This document shows, piece by piece, positions 38,401-49,052 of a DNA stretch of 64,000 nt; position 1 is the first letter of the stretch, and every line of letters begins with the position of its first letter. The DNA comes from a virus. The stretch is taken from IMG/VR virus record IMGVR_UViG_3300022921_001386. The stretch is one strand, 5' to 3'. The position numbers and the translations under genes are program-made. The notes under the pieces are model-generated. The model saw only the letters and a program-made list of their open reading frames with translations. It was not told the origin of the DNA and did no database searches.

Positions 38401-41400
38401 TTGGTTGTATCAATAATATTTGATGCTACAAAATCACTTATTAGCTGTGGCTCCCCTGCTACAGTTATTGATATATCTGCACTATTTGTACTCAGTGGCC
38501 ATTTTAAACTAAACTCAGTTAAACCGCCATTACCGACAAATGTTTCTGTTTCATTTAATGTGGTAAAATAGTATGCACCAGCAACTCTATCAAACTTCAT
38601 CAACATATGCGTGGATCTGATTACACTGTTTCCTATCTGTGCATAAACAACTGCATCAACTCCGTCTTCTGTTAAACTTCCGTTTATTGTTACGGTTGGA
38701 GTTGTAAAGTATTTTGCTCCAACTGTATCAACTTCAATGTACTGAATTGATCCACCACCTATATACGCAAGTCCTTCAAGTGTTGGACCACCTCCTCCGC
38801 TAACTGTTACATTTGCTGTGTCAGTATATCCACTGCCGCCATTGTAAACAACAAACTCTGTTATTTCAAATCCAACATTATCTAACCAATGTTTTTGTGG
38901 GTATGTAGTTGTGGTATCATTTGTTCCAACAAGACCATTGTTGAAGAACTTGATAGTTTCGCTGATAATCTGGCCACGTTCTGCATCGTAACGAGGCGGC
39001 AAATCAAAATCAGTAACACTAGTTTGTGTTGGTTCTGTTCTATTATACGAACTGATATATTCTCTTATTTTAGTACTATATGGTTTTACTTCTTCAATAT
39101 AGTCTTGATAGTTAGGAAGATTATCGTTTTGATAAGTTACTTTTTGTGTAAGCTCACCAACATTGTGTTTTGCAACTACAAAACTAGATTTAAAAATCCA
39201 GTCTAAATCAACCTGCTCACTCATTGCATATCTAATGCTACTAAAGAACAGTTTGTTCCACTCAACTTCTAGTTGATCAACAAACAAGTTATCTCTTAGT
39301 GCATATAATATTATTTTTATTTCATCAGTTGGCTCACTGTCGTACAACGAAATGTCATAGATTATGTTATCAAATCCAACTGCATCATTTTGATACAATG
39401 TATTGCTAAACTCTACTGTGCCATTTTGTCTGCCTACAACTTTATAGTTAATAGTATAATCTACTTCTAGTTGATTGTCAATCTTTTCTAATAGCATCCA
39501 ACCGCCGGAGCCGATATTTTCAATCTTAATAGTATTTCCTAGTTTATCGTCTAATCCGGCAAGTTCATAACTACCATTTATAACAAAATCAATAGATGTA
39601 ACTTCGCTGTATCCAGTTGCATACCAGTCAACATACTTCCAGTATCTATTAACATCATAGCTTTGAATGTAGTTTCTAAACCATTCTTGTGTGGATGATA
39701 TCCAGTTGTACACCGCCCACAATCCGCCTACTTCTGTATCGGTTGTTACAAGAACACTAAACGGACGCACAATAAGTGTAGTATCACTTAAATAGTTTTT
39801 GCCGCCATTTACAACTTCAACTTCAATAACTTGTCCAAGATTGTTGATGTAGGTTTTTATTTCTGCGTCAACACCCTTACCTTCTATAGTTACAGTTGGA
39901 CCATGTCGCTTGCCAGATGTATAGTTACTGTCAATATACCCTCTGCCTGGTTCTGTAATAGTTGCGCCTGTAATAGTTCCGTCAACAATAATAGGTGTAA
40001 GAGTTGCTTGTTTAATTTTTGCAGTACCGACAAATCTCAACAAACTTTCTGTATCAATCTGTGTGTCCCACTCATTGCTAAACTTGCTTGGTGCAGTCTC
40101 AGTTTGGAACAGCGGAGAAATATCAAAATCATCTACGATTGTATATTGTGATAATACTCCGTTTACTCTTTCAATAACTTGTTTTAGTGCTTCGGCTCTA
40201 TTAACAAATATAGTTTGATTTGGATTATTTAAAATGCCATAACGTTGAGCAACACTGATATTTAAATCAGGCAAAACTTTTCCGTTTTTATCATACCCTG
40301 CTAAACTGTCAACCCACTTATCAACAATGTCATTATTTGGTTTGCTTGATGCTAACCCTTCGACAACCAATGCATATTCACTATGAATGTTTTTGTTTTC
40401 TGCATTATCTTGAACATAATAATCTACGTGCAAGATAGTATCTTTGTCTTTTACTAGATTTTTTACATTGTGTAAGGCAAACTTTTTACCATCGAGTAAT
40501 GTAATATGTCTGTAACCTTGACCTGAAGGATCTGCTATCAAGTTTGCAACATCAAACGAGCTGATCTTTCTGCCATATGTATCAGGCAATGTATTTTTAT
40601 TTTTAACCCAGAAATAATACTTTGGTACAAAAACACTTGCTACACTATCGTACACTCTTGCTCTCACATATGAATCATCACTGTATAAAGTTTTTCCACT
40701 TATACTGCTGGCTAATCCTTCAGTAGTGTCTGCTATTTCATCCCATTCACTTGGTAATAAATCACTTTCAACCCACTCGTACACATCTACACTAAATCCA
40801 GGAATAATCTGATTCCATGTATTGGATTTATATTGTATACTTCCTTGATATGGATTGTACCATTTTATAGCATCAAGGTCCCACCATAGTTTTCCAACTT
40901 GCTGTTTACCCCAAAGATCTGCTACACCAGTGTCTCTAGTGCCAACATTATAAACCGCTGGATCATAATAAGTCTTATAACTAAGTTCTTGTTCTGCAGG
41001 GCCAGCAATCCTTCCTCTAATAGGGTCTATATAATCAAGGTATGTGATCAAATCATTTGTATTTGTATCATATAGCCACACACCTTTGATTTTATCAATA
41101 TCAACATAGCTGTCGCCTTGGCTGTTGATATTCCAAGCGTTGGCATTTAAGTCTGTTCTATGATCTTGAATTAGTCCTGTTTTGTCATCAACTGCTGTTC
41201 CTATCGAAATAACATACAAATGGTTTCTATTTAATACACTCAATATATCAGATGAATCTGATATATCTACTTGTGAGTAAAGTTTTTCAGCATATACCAA
41301 CTTGTTGTTTAATGTTTCATAAACATAAACTTGTCCGTTATCTTTGATTGTATCATAAATGCTTGTTGCTTTATTATCAAAATCTGTAAGTTCATTATCA

Positions 41401-44400
41401 AATGTTACGTATGATTCCGTATCACCGTTGCGACTTGTTATAGCAAGTTTATTAGAATTAAAACTTACATTAGTACCAAATCTTTCATTCTTTTCACCAT
41501 TAGGTGCAAGCAATATTTGATCTTGTACATATGTTCCGTTTGTAAGTTTATATACATATACTGCGCCATTGTAAATACCATTAGCATTTGATAACTGTGC
41601 GCCTATTGCTATTTTAGATCCATCATCGTTTAGACTTAGTGTAGATCCAAATGCTTCTTCTTCGGTTGCAGGATCAATATTTTCATCAAATACAAATCTG
41701 CCATTTGTTTTTCTATATATTGCTATACGATATTCGCCGCCGGTTTGAATTCCACCAAGTGCTAATACTTCGCCGTTTTTACTAATATCATAACTTGAGC
41801 CAATAGCAAGTGCATTTAAAAAATCACTACTATCATTATCAAGTAAGCCGCCAGTGCTATCATCAGTTTGTGATGAATAAGGAACATAACCCAAATAATC
41901 AACATATGTATCAAGTACATCCCACTGACTATTGTTAAAAGGATTTCCTGCAAGTACGGTTGTATTTGCTTGACGAAGTTCGCCTTCATAATAAACAATA
42001 TTGTTAGGAATATATTTTGAAATACTTTCCCATTCGCCTTTGTAGTTTGAATCTCTTGAATATGCATAAGATGTTACATTAGATTGACCTTTGTTGTTAA
42101 CAAAATAAACACGGCCGTTATCTTTTAAACTTCTAATAATAATGTTGTGTTGGAAATCGCTCGGTGAAGCTGATTTGATTGCAATACCAAACTGTTCGTT
42201 TGTTGACGGTTCTGGACTTAAAATAATATCAACTAAAGTAAATGATCCATCGATAAGTTTTTTATAAATGTAAACCACACCTTGATTTGCATATCCAAGA
42301 CTTGCTCCAGAAGTATCTGTAACTATTAGATCTGCTAGTTCCCAATCTTGACTTAATAGATTAATAGTACTACTTTCTGCTATAACATCAACTAGAGCTC
42401 TCCATAATGTTCCTCGCTGACTTACATAGTCTCCAGCTAGATAACTTTCACCTTCAGTAAATACACCCTTGTATCGTGTTTTAACATTTGCAGCAGTTGG
42501 AGCGCCTACATATAAGTATTGTCCGTTGTCTGTTATTTCAACACTTGTACCAAACTCGCCTGCGTCATGATGATTAGACAACGGTTCTAGTGTTTGTTTT
42601 AGTGTAAATGCACCAGCTTCGCTACCACGAGTGTATACATAAACTTTGCCATCATCTATATCTGGGGTTCCAACTGCTAAAGTAGTATTGTTGTCACTGA
42701 CAGCTAAATCAGATCCAAACTCTCTGCTACCAGTTTCGGGTGCTGCAATGCTTTGTTTAAAGCTACGTATAATGTCACTATCGTATACTCCAAATGTTCC
42801 AGTGCCAATATCGTCAATCCATACTCTGTCATTATCGTCTAAATCGTAAAGTTTTGTAATATTGTTTATACCCTCAGGTGACGATACTCTGCGTGACGAT
42901 AGTTCTGATACTATTCCAATAGTACTGTCTGACAAGTCAATAAAGTCTTCGGTTATTGGGTTATCCAGTTGTATTTCAAAATCAGTATATCCAATATTTT
43001 GTACAATCCAAAAGCCATTAACTTCACCATTGACATTATTAAATCCAACAATATCGCCTTCTGCAAACGTAATAGGCTTACTAAAGTTTGCTTTAAATCC
43101 TAGGTCTGTTTTCTCAATAGATTGAATACCGATTGGAGAAACAACATGCTTGTAAACATTCCACGATTGAGAATCTTTTGGCACCCATATGTAACTTCCA
43201 ATATCAACACTATCGATATCTAGAACCAATATATCATTTTTTGTAGTTGTTAAAAAGTTTACTTGGTCTAGTTTAACATACCCGGCAGTTTTAGTGTATT
43301 CTGCACTACCAGATGTTAATGGCAAAGATGTATGTGCATAATCAGTTGGAGAAAGATATACATCTTTTCTTGGATATTGATAAACCAAATCTGTGCGTGT
43401 TGAATCTACTGTTTCAACAAACTCTACAAGTTGTGGCTCTATTCTAAACTGGCTTTCGTCTAGCTTAAATTCAACTTCGTCGTAACTTGTGGTTGCACCG
43501 TATCTACCAACACGTATTGCCCATTCTTCATACAGTTCAACACTATCGGAATCTGCTGAACCAAGTTTGTCAAACAGCTTTGTAACAGCATTTGATGTAC
43601 CTTTGTCTTGTATAAATCCCTGATAGAACTTGTATTGACTAACATCGTCTTGAATAATATTAGCAAGATATTCACGCTTTTGATATCCGATAAGATGCTG
43701 AGCCAATCTTTGTTGTTCACTATCAAAGTTATCTGTATCTAAATCATAAAAATCTGCAAACTGATTTGCTCTATAATCCCAGTTTGGTTTTAATTCACTT
43801 ACAGGCTTACTATCCAATCTGCTCCAGTTTCCATAAATGAAATCTTGTGTGCCACTGTGTGTAAATCTAGCTGCATAATAAAACTCTTTGTATTTTACTA
43901 GTTCTGCAGTTTTATAATCTTTATAGCTAGTCCATTCAGTAACTTTGGCATCATCGTATATAAATCCTGGAATATTTAAACTACCATTCCAATCGTCTGT
44001 TCTATATCCAACAACTTTCAGACGCTCTTGTCTATATCCTGTTTCGGGTACATAGATTGTATCGTTGAATACTGTTGTGTTATCAACTAACACAAGATGT
44101 TCTTTTTGTATCAGCGGTAGTTTGAGAAGATATATTCCGTCATCCTCTGATGTTAAACTAAATCTGTTGGTGTTGTCTCTGTAAATACTAGAACGGGTTT
44201 TACTAATCACATTTCCGTTTTCATTTAATAGTGCAAATCCATAAAGATTGCTGTGTATATTATCAACTACATAAAAGTCCTTTTCAAACTCAACTTGATT
44301 TGCTAATGGTGATAATGTTAATGTGCTAGTGTTTGCCCAGTTTTGTGTTATCCAAAACAAAAACTCTTTACATGCTAGTTGCCAGTTTTCAACAGATTCA

Positions 44401-47400
44401 GTTGCTTTATTAAAATATTCAAACTTAAATCCAATATCTTTTAAGTATTGTTGATAGCCTAAAAGAAAGTTAACCACCTGTTGTTCATCATTCAATATTG
44501 TTCCGTAATCAAGTGTTAGTATTTCATTAGTAAACGCCTTTCTAAAATAGGCGCCTCTACCGCCATTTTCAGGCAGACTTGGTAATGGAGTATACAAACT
44601 CGAATTAAAATCTGTTCCAGTTGTATGGTTTGCATTTACTCTATAATATCTATCGTTGTATTCTACAAGTTTGCCAGCAACTAAAAACTTGTTTTCAGCC
44701 CACTGTATGTAACTTTCGCTAATGCCGCCGATGTTTACAAACGGATCATTTGTATTTTCTCTCGGATTACGATATTTAAAAGATGGAAGATCTTTATCAT
44801 ATCCACTTATGCGATATCCTTTTGCAGTTCTTTCAACTATTACACCACTATAAGTTGCTACATCTTGAGGACTAGAAGTTCTCAAAACAATATTATAGTT
44901 TTCATCAGGTACAAATATATTTCCTTTGTTTAACGGAGTCTTACTATCCAATACTAGTTTTAGTTTGTTCTTTTCAGCAAAGCCAGCAAGTTTAAATCCT
45001 ATTTTATTGCTTAATAGTTTTAGATTATTCACATATGTAGTATATGGATACAACGAGTCTGCATTGATATATTCACTAATATAGTTTAAAAATCCTGCAC
45101 TTACAGCATTTTTTATCTTAGGAAATATCAAATCTGTTGTGGTTATTCTTTTATTTGTAGCAGTATAAACCAAGTTTCCAGCAATATCGCGTTGAATTCT
45201 ACTTCTATCAAATCCAATACCCATTGTGTGTGCAGGGCGTGTTATTAAAGCAGCAATCATCAAACTAAACGGATATCCGCTACTTCTTCTCCATGCTGCT
45301 TCAGTTGGTGCTTCGTCGCCAAACTTAAATAAGTTTTGACTTTGCGGTGCATAACTGAAGTTACTTACATATCCGCTTTCTAAAGGCGATACTAACTGTC
45401 CGTTTTCGTTGACTGGAATATGTTTTAATAAGTTGTGTCTAATATATTTTTTGTTTCTTAGTACTGTTTTACCAGGTTCTCTAATCACACCGTTTTGTAA
45501 ATCAGTCCAAAGTATCAAGTTATTGTTTGTATAGGGTGCAGGGCCATAAACACTTTCCCACCAAGTTGGTTGAATTCCATAACCCAACATTTCCCAAGGA
45601 TGTGTGTGAGGACGATCAGTATCAAATGCTTGTCTGTAAATACCTCTCCAAAATCCTGGTACTGCTTCGTTGCGATCATTTGTACTTCCGGTGTAGTTAT
45701 AAGTAAAACTTTCACCTTGTACTATAAAGTCATTTTTAGTATAATCTGAAATCTTAGCAATATTGATCCAGTCAATAAAATCTTTGATAATAATATTATC
45801 GATTTCTTGTGATGTGATCTTTGTATTTCTATCAATACCTCCAACAATATCGTTTATGTCAAATATGTCTGGATTATAATCAACTTTTAGATTATTAAAA
45901 ATACGCTTTTCCATTTCTAAAATCAAATCGTCTCTATAATCATCATAAGCAAGTGTAATACTGCCGTCGTGTCCTCTAATAACTTTTTGTGGAGTTTGAT
46001 AACTTGAGTCAATAAATATCTCAGGAACATATGCCGGGAACATACCTATTTTTGTAGGTGTCGGTGGAATAAAACTACCTTCAGTATTATCGTATTCGTG
46101 TATAGTTAATATATCGCCATTGGTCAGTGTTGCAGAAATGTCTACAAATCCAGTTCCAGTAAATGTATAATCTCTATTAAACACAAGTTGTTGATTATTT
46201 AAATACACATACAATGCTTTATTACTGATAGCCGATTTATTAAAAACTGTTGAGAGAGCATAAACTGTTAATCTACTATCAAGTATTTCATATTCAATCT
46301 TTTTGCTGCCGCCAGTGGCTGCCATATCAGTACTGTAAAACGGAGTAGTTGTAGTCTTGGTACTATTAATCTCATTGAAAATAAAATCAACATATTCTTT
46401 TACTGTTCCGTTAAATGATGTTTCAGTTGCAGTTTGTAAAAACTGTCTTTTGAACTTAGTATATTCATTTAGTGCATATCTAATAGCTGCAACAACATTT
46501 GAGTTTTTATTAACCAAATGATAAAGTGATAGATTTAGCGGTCCGCTGTGTTGAACAAACTTTCTACCATATTCAGCAACTGGGCCTAAATCTCTTAGAT
46601 TGTTTAAGCCAGGTTGAACTCCTGAAAATGCTGCAACTTCAGAAATAAGTCCTTCAACATGATCATTTACTTCGCCTAGTGTAAACTCTGTAATATTTTT
46701 ATTAGACGGGTTTCTTTCAAAGTTATGAGGAATCTCATAATAACCATTGTCATTTTTGTTTGCTGAGCTTTTAGTTTTAATAACAACAATATCAGTAAAC
46801 CCAATATCGTTAGAAAGTACAACTTTGGTTGTTTTATTTTCATTGACTATTTGATAATCAGGTTTATATTCATTGTTAACATATACTTTGATTTCTAAAT
46901 CAGTTAACTCAGCACTATTATTGTAAACATCAACTGGAAATCTATTTGTATAATCTTCGCCTGTGTATTTTCTTATAACATATTGACTGCTTTTTATATT
47001 TGTTTTTTTCCAAGCATTAGTATAAGATATAACTTGATTATTATATTCTTGTAAAAAGAAAACATCACTGCTTATAGTTGTAAAAATATTATTAACTTTG
47101 TATTTGTAATCTTCTGCAAGCAATGCAAAATCAAAAACAATGTCGCCAATATTTACAAAGTTTTTGTATGTAAGAGGAAATCCAAGTTCGGTATCATTGG
47201 CGCCTTCACCGACTCTATAACTAAAAAGTCTGTTTCCAGCAAAATCTGTACTTTCATAAACTGTATTATCTCCGAGACTGTTTCCGTTGCTATCAAACAA
47301 ATCAAACTTTGGTGCTTGATTTAAACCTATTTTATCTTGAGCTAGTTTCCATCCAGTTGTGTCATACCAATACATTTTTCCAGCATTTTTTACACCGTCT

Positions 47401-49052
47401 TTGACTAGTATGGTTTGATTTAGAACAGGGTCAGTATCTGCTGTTTCAATCAAACTTATTTGAGTAGTGTTTGTATGAGTAATAAACTTGACTTCAAATA
47501 TTTTATCTTTTACTAAACTATCTGTATCTGCCACAAACAGTATACGCATTCCTTCAACTAAATCTATTCCATCAATGTTGTATCCAGCAGTGCCTTCGAT
47601 TGTGCTAAATGCATCTTTTGTAAATGTATCAACTAAATCAACATTAAGTTTAGCTGTATTGCCGTGATTCCACAAACGTAGATTTGGTTCAAACTCAATA
47701 ATAGGACGTTTAGCTCGTGCTGTCTGATCTAGCTCGATTGGTTGATTGTTAATATTTGCACTTTTTTCAATAACAGATTTATGGAACCAGCGATTGTATC
47801 TTGCCCATGCATTTCTACTAGTGTCTCTTCTGTTTATACAAATATAATCCTTGTATCCTGCATAACTTCTAGCATTACTCCAAGGAACACGGTCAAATCC
47901 GTTTACATCAAACGGTACTTGTGTGTCTTGTGTAAATATAGCCGGCACTTCAAGGTCACTAACTGGAACTAGTTTGATAGATGTGCCTACTCCTTCAACA
48001 TAGTATAGTCCTTGTGCATATGTTGCTGGCGTTACATTGCCTTGAAAATACACTTTCATGCCATTTGACATATTCCAACCGTTGACAGTTGTGTATGTTT
48101 TTTTGCCTATGATTTCTTCGTCTACATTTATGTCACTATTTTCTTCAATGTCGTATACATTAAACACACCACTGTTATCAATATCGTTTTGACTAACATA
48201 ATAAAGATTTTCAGGAGCGTCTCCTGGTACTGTAAATTCAATGACGCCGTTTTCAATAAATCCATCTTCTAAATAATCTTGTGGATTTACCAATGTGTCG
48301 TCTACATTTTCATGTGTTAGTACAACACCTTCTCGATACAATGTACTAACTAATGTACTATCTTTTGAATATTCAACTTTTTTCTGTCTGCTTGTTGCAA
48401 AACTAATAGGATGGCCTGGAACGTTAACTTCAAATCTATATGTTTGACCTCTAAACAACTTTATACTTTTATTACGTGTTACTCCATCAGGCGAAAATAC
48501 ATAGGCTGTATTATCATCGTCAACAACAGTTTCAATAGTAAATGTACTAACTACTTGTCTACCCTGTCCTCTAATAGGAACTTCCTGCGGGCCGTTAGGT
48601 AGCCAGTAGTATTCTCTAAAGTTAGTAAACTTATCAAAATCAATATGTGGGTTCCAAGCATAAAACTCTTGAGCAAAAAGTTTGTCGTGATTTTTGATAT
48701 TGCCGCCAAACGCACTTATCTGTCCTAGTATATCTACATAATCAGCATCAAACTCTACATTTCCAAGATTATCCTGAACAATAGCAAACGGTTCTAACTG
48801 ATAGTTTTCTCTGTTAGAGTTAATATCACTAATATAACTATCTTGAGTAGTAACTGCTTTAGCAGTTCTACTTCCAACAAATCCGTTAATCTTTTCGACA
48901 ACGCCTGGGTTGGTTAACTGATCAACTGTACTGCCTAAAAACTTTTTATTTGCATTAGTTCTAAAATATCTTGGAAGCAAAGAAGCCGAAGTTCTCTTTG
49001 CACTAGAACTTCCAGGTACAGGATATTCATTTTGATCATCATTGTATGCCAT
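35415..49052 (-). CDS. Giant (4545 aa) virion structural protein, likely baseplate wedge-associated/adhesin
   Basis: Uninterrupted 13.6-kb ORF directly after gp6; FG-GAP-like propeller repeats, carbohydrate-binding-like W-x6-G-D-x-V-x-Y motifs, GGxGY repeats. Confidence 0.75.
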   Translation of the reverse strand: MAYNDDQNEYPVPGSSSAKRTSASLLPRYFRTNANKKFLGSTVDQLTNPGVVEKINGFVGSRTAKAVTTQDSYISDINSNRENYQLEPFAIVQDNLGNVEFDADYVDILGQISAFGGNIKNHDKLFAQEFYAWNPHIDFDKFTNFREYYWLPNGPQEVPIRGQGRQVVSTFTIETVVDDDNTAYVFSPDGVTRNKSIKLFRGQTYRFEVNVPGHPISFATSRQKKVEYSKDSTLVSTLYREGVVLTHENVDDTLVNPQDYLEDGFIENGVIEFTVPGDAPENLYYVSQNDIDNSGVFNVYDIEENSDINVDEEIIGKKTYTTVNGWNMSNGMKVYFQGNVTPATYAQGLYYVEGVGTSIKLVPVSDLEVPAIFTQDTQVPFDVNGFDRVPWSNARSYAGYKDYICINRRDTSRNAWARYNRWFHKSVIEKSANINNQPIELDQTARAKRPIIEFEPNLRLWNHGNTAKLNVDLVDTFTKDAFSTIEGTAGYNIDGIDLVEGMRILFVADTDSLVKDKIFEVKFITHTNTTQISLIETADTDPVLNQTILVKDGVKNAGKMYWYDTTGWKLAQDKIGLNQAPKFDLFDSNGNSLGDNTVYESTDFAGNRLFSYRVGEGANDTELGFPLTYKNFVNIGDIVFDFALLAEDYKYKVNNIFTTISSDVFFLQEYNNQVISYTNAWKKTNIKSSQYVIRKYTGEDYTNRFPVDVYNNSAELTDLEIKVYVNNEYKPDYQIVNENKTTKVVLSNDIGFTDIVVIKTKSSANKNDNGYYEIPHNFERNPSNKNITEFTLGEVNDHVEGLISEVAAFSGVQPGLNNLRDLGPVAEYGRKFVQHSGPLNLSLYHLVNKNSNVVAAIRYALNEYTKFKRQFLQTATETSFNGTVKEYVDFIFNEINSTKTTTTPFYSTDMAATGGSKKIEYEILDSRLTVYALSTVFNKSAISNKALYVYLNNQQLVFNRDYTFTGTGFVDISATLTNGDILTIHEYDNTEGSFIPPTPTKIGMFPAYVPEIFIDSSYQTPQKVIRGHDGSITLAYDDYRDDLILEMEKRIFNNLKVDYNPDIFDINDIVGGIDRNTKITSQEIDNIIIKDFIDWINIAKISDYTKNDFIVQGESFTYNYTGSTNDRNEAVPGFWRGIYRQAFDTDRPHTHPWEMLGYGIQPTWWESVYGPAPYTNNNLILWTDLQNGVIREPGKTVLRNKKYIRHNLLKHIPVNENGQLVSPLESGYVSNFSYAPQSQNLFKFGDEAPTEAAWRRSSGYPFSLMIAALITRPAHTMGIGFDRSRIQRDIAGNLVYTATNKRITTTDLIFPKIKNAVSAGFLNYISEYINADSLYPYTTYVNNLKLLSNKIGFKLAGFAEKNKLKLVLDSKTPLNKGNIFVPDENYNIVLRTSSPQDVATYSGVIVERTAKGYRISGYDKDLPSFKYRNPRENTNDPFVNIGGISESYIQWAENKFLVAGKLVEYNDRYYRVNANHTTGTDFNSSLYTPLPSLPENGGRGAYFRKAFTNEILTLDYGTILNDEQQVVNFLLGYQQYLKDIGFKFEYFNKATESVENWQLACKEFLFWITQNWANTSTLTLSPLANQVEFEKDFYVVDNIHSNLYGFALLNENGNVISKTRSSIYRDNTNRFSLTSEDDGIYLLKLPLIQKEHLVLVDNTTVFNDTIYVPETGYRQERLKVVGYRTDDWNGSLNIPGFIYDDAKVTEWTSYKDYKTAELVKYKEFYYAARFTHSGTQDFIYGNWSRLDSKPVSELKPNWDYRANQFADFYDLDTDNFDSEQQRLAQHLIGYQKREYLANIIQDDVSQYKFYQGFIQDKGTSNAVTKLFDKLGSADSDSVELYEEWAIRVGRYGATTSYDEVEFKLDESQFRIEPQLVEFVETVDSTRTDLVYQYPRKDVYLSPTDYAHTSLPLTSGSAEYTKTAGYVKLDQVNFLTTTKNDILVLDIDSVDIGSYIWVPKDSQSWNVYKHVVSPIGIQSIEKTDLGFKANFSKPITFAEGDIVGFNNVNGEVNGFWIVQNIGYTDFEIQLDNPITEDFIDLSDSTIGIVSELSSRRVSSPEGINNITKLYDLDDNDRVWIDDIGTGTFGVYDSDIIRSFKQSIAAPETGSREFGSDLAVSDNNTTLAVGTPDIDDGKVYVYTRGSEAGAFTLKQTLEPLSNHHDAGEFGTSVEITDNGQYLYVGAPTAANVKTRYKGVFTEGESYLAGDYVSQRGTLWRALVDVIAESSTINLLSQDWELADLIVTDTSGASLGYANQGVVYIYKKLIDGSFTLVDIILSPEPSTNEQFGIAIKSASPSDFQHNIIIRSLKDNGRVYFVNNKGQSNVTSYAYSRDSNYKGEWESISKYIPNNIVYYEGELRQANTTVLAGNPFNNSQWDVLDTYVDYLGYVPYSSQTDDSTGGLLDNDSSDFLNALAIGSSYDISKNGEVLALGGIQTGGEYRIAIYRKTNGRFVFDENIDPATEEEAFGSTLSLNDDGSKIAIGAQLSNANGIYNGAVYVYKLTNGTYVQDQILLAPNGEKNERFGTNVSFNSNKLAITSRNGDTESYVTFDNELTDFDNKATSIYDTIKDNGQVYVYETLNNKLVYAEKLYSQVDISDSSDILSVLNRNHLYVISIGTAVDDKTGLIQDHRTDLNANAWNINSQGDSYVDIDKIKGVWLYDTNTNDLITYLDYIDPIRGRIAGPAEQELSYKTYYDPAVYNVGTRDTGVADLWGKQQVGKLWWDLDAIKWYNPYQGSIQYKSNTWNQIIPGFSVDVYEWVESDLLPSEWDEIADTTEGLASSISGKTLYSDDSYVRARVYDSVASVFVPKYYFWVKNKNTLPDTYGRKISSFDVANLIADPSGQGYRHITLLDGKKFALHNVKNLVKDKDTILHVDYYVQDNAENKNIHSEYALVVEGLASSKPNNDIVDKWVDSLAGYDKNGKVLPDLNISVAQRYGILNNPNQTIFVNRAEALKQVIERVNGVLSQYTIVDDFDISPLFQTETAPSKFSNEWDTQIDTESLLRFVGTAKIKQATLTPIIVDGTITGATITEPGRGYIDSNYTSGKRHGPTVTIEGKGVDAEIKTYINNLGQVIEVEVVNGGKNYLSDTTLIVRPFSVLVTTDTEVGGLWAVYNWISSTQEWFRNYIQSYDVNRYWKYVDWYATGYSEVTSIDFVINGSYELAGLDDKLGNTIKIENIGSGGWMLLEKIDNQLEVDYTINYKVVGRQNGTVEFSNTLYQNDAVGFDNIIYDISLYDSEPTDEIKIILYALRDNLFVDQLEVEWNKLFFSSIRYAMSEQVDLDWIFKSSFVVAKHNVGELTQKVTYQNDNLPNYQDYIEEVKPYSTKIREYISSYNRTEPTQTSVTDFDLPPRYDAERGQIISETIKFFNNGLVGTNDTTTTYPQKHWLDNVGFEITEFVVYNGGSGYTDTANVTVSGGGGPTLEGLAYIGGGSIQYIEVDTVGAKYFTTPTVTINGSLTEDGVDAVVYAQIGNSVIRSTHMLMKFDRVAGAYYFTTLNETETFVGNGGLTEFSLKWPLSTNSADISITVAGEPQLISDFVASNIIDTTKTFDRYRGKITFTTAPANNAAVVINYKKSSNLLTAEDRINFFYKPTTNMPGKELSQLMSGVDYGGVQMDSIGFGENTGFDANAYGIDFDTFDTNYEDEIITLDGSTQIISLSSVLESGVTYNVYLNNVRIDDPFYDGSSVTANPNAKMVSPQGDNITNTVFLDSDVVETKDGDVVIIRKSTSDGSFTPESTAYDVSLQGGNFEYTTAKGIDSGDIVVDGDGFVTETTSGGPEEQVPGQVLDAVDIQVYNRSVDGQGIISVRNYITDGTTIEWEFDNFPQTNTTLVVKVDGDIIDNDDLNVDYENKFISLNDSTALDEGKNLSILTIGTNGVDLIDSDNIVSTGDTFIYNLPITWKSGLSSFVTINGVLQNDTTDYGLTESDTGNAQLEFPIKVTAGKIIGYTIYDGSVNQYSQMVIDNTFVTDGTNKVHRFTNDVALPVIDKPLSHNILVKRGDGRFLNAGYRKKYTIDSNRAYDIDRWQFEDTTAVRNTDVVLYINGSIVDVLDYYYDTTNGRVQLLNNNVGLIGDTLEIFIIRDAEYYFLNTTVQIQNGSEVNDPAVGQDISFELSDDSTTVIACVEKFSRSGSTLTIELQGYIRELFQLKSIDDTPEIVASWENDSTKAIIGDIKLIETDVLSLTEAPADWETVDIYVFSNHDINGFERTSYDIVWNTNQAPAGTQFYIDKNLLSRGFIKLEKPALSANYVWVFKNGILLSPQNDYSLDASGSGVQLYNKVTSNDKVEVLQFTALTSDPKFGYRIFKDMLNRFHFKRLNKDNEYKLQQPLNYYDLSIQLVDSTGIQEPNKALGTPGVVWIDKERIEYFSVDGNLLRQLRRGTLGTGIKEQYPVATKVQGQGIEENIPYKDETAKTMFIGDSSTKEFILDFIPTSVNEIDVFLAGTRLRKDNIVTFDKTVDQDSPEADVTIDPEYTIENIITGDGSTITVLTLADYIDAPADGIFIEVVRRTGKIWNDTGKSLANSTNQIAKFITDKTISLPR

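Noticed and set aside
35415-49052. Giant ORF as NRPS/PKS or tape measure protein
   Set aside because: No A/C/KS/PCP motifs, and it is beta-rich rather than helical; its position after gp6 indicates a baseplate-associated protein.
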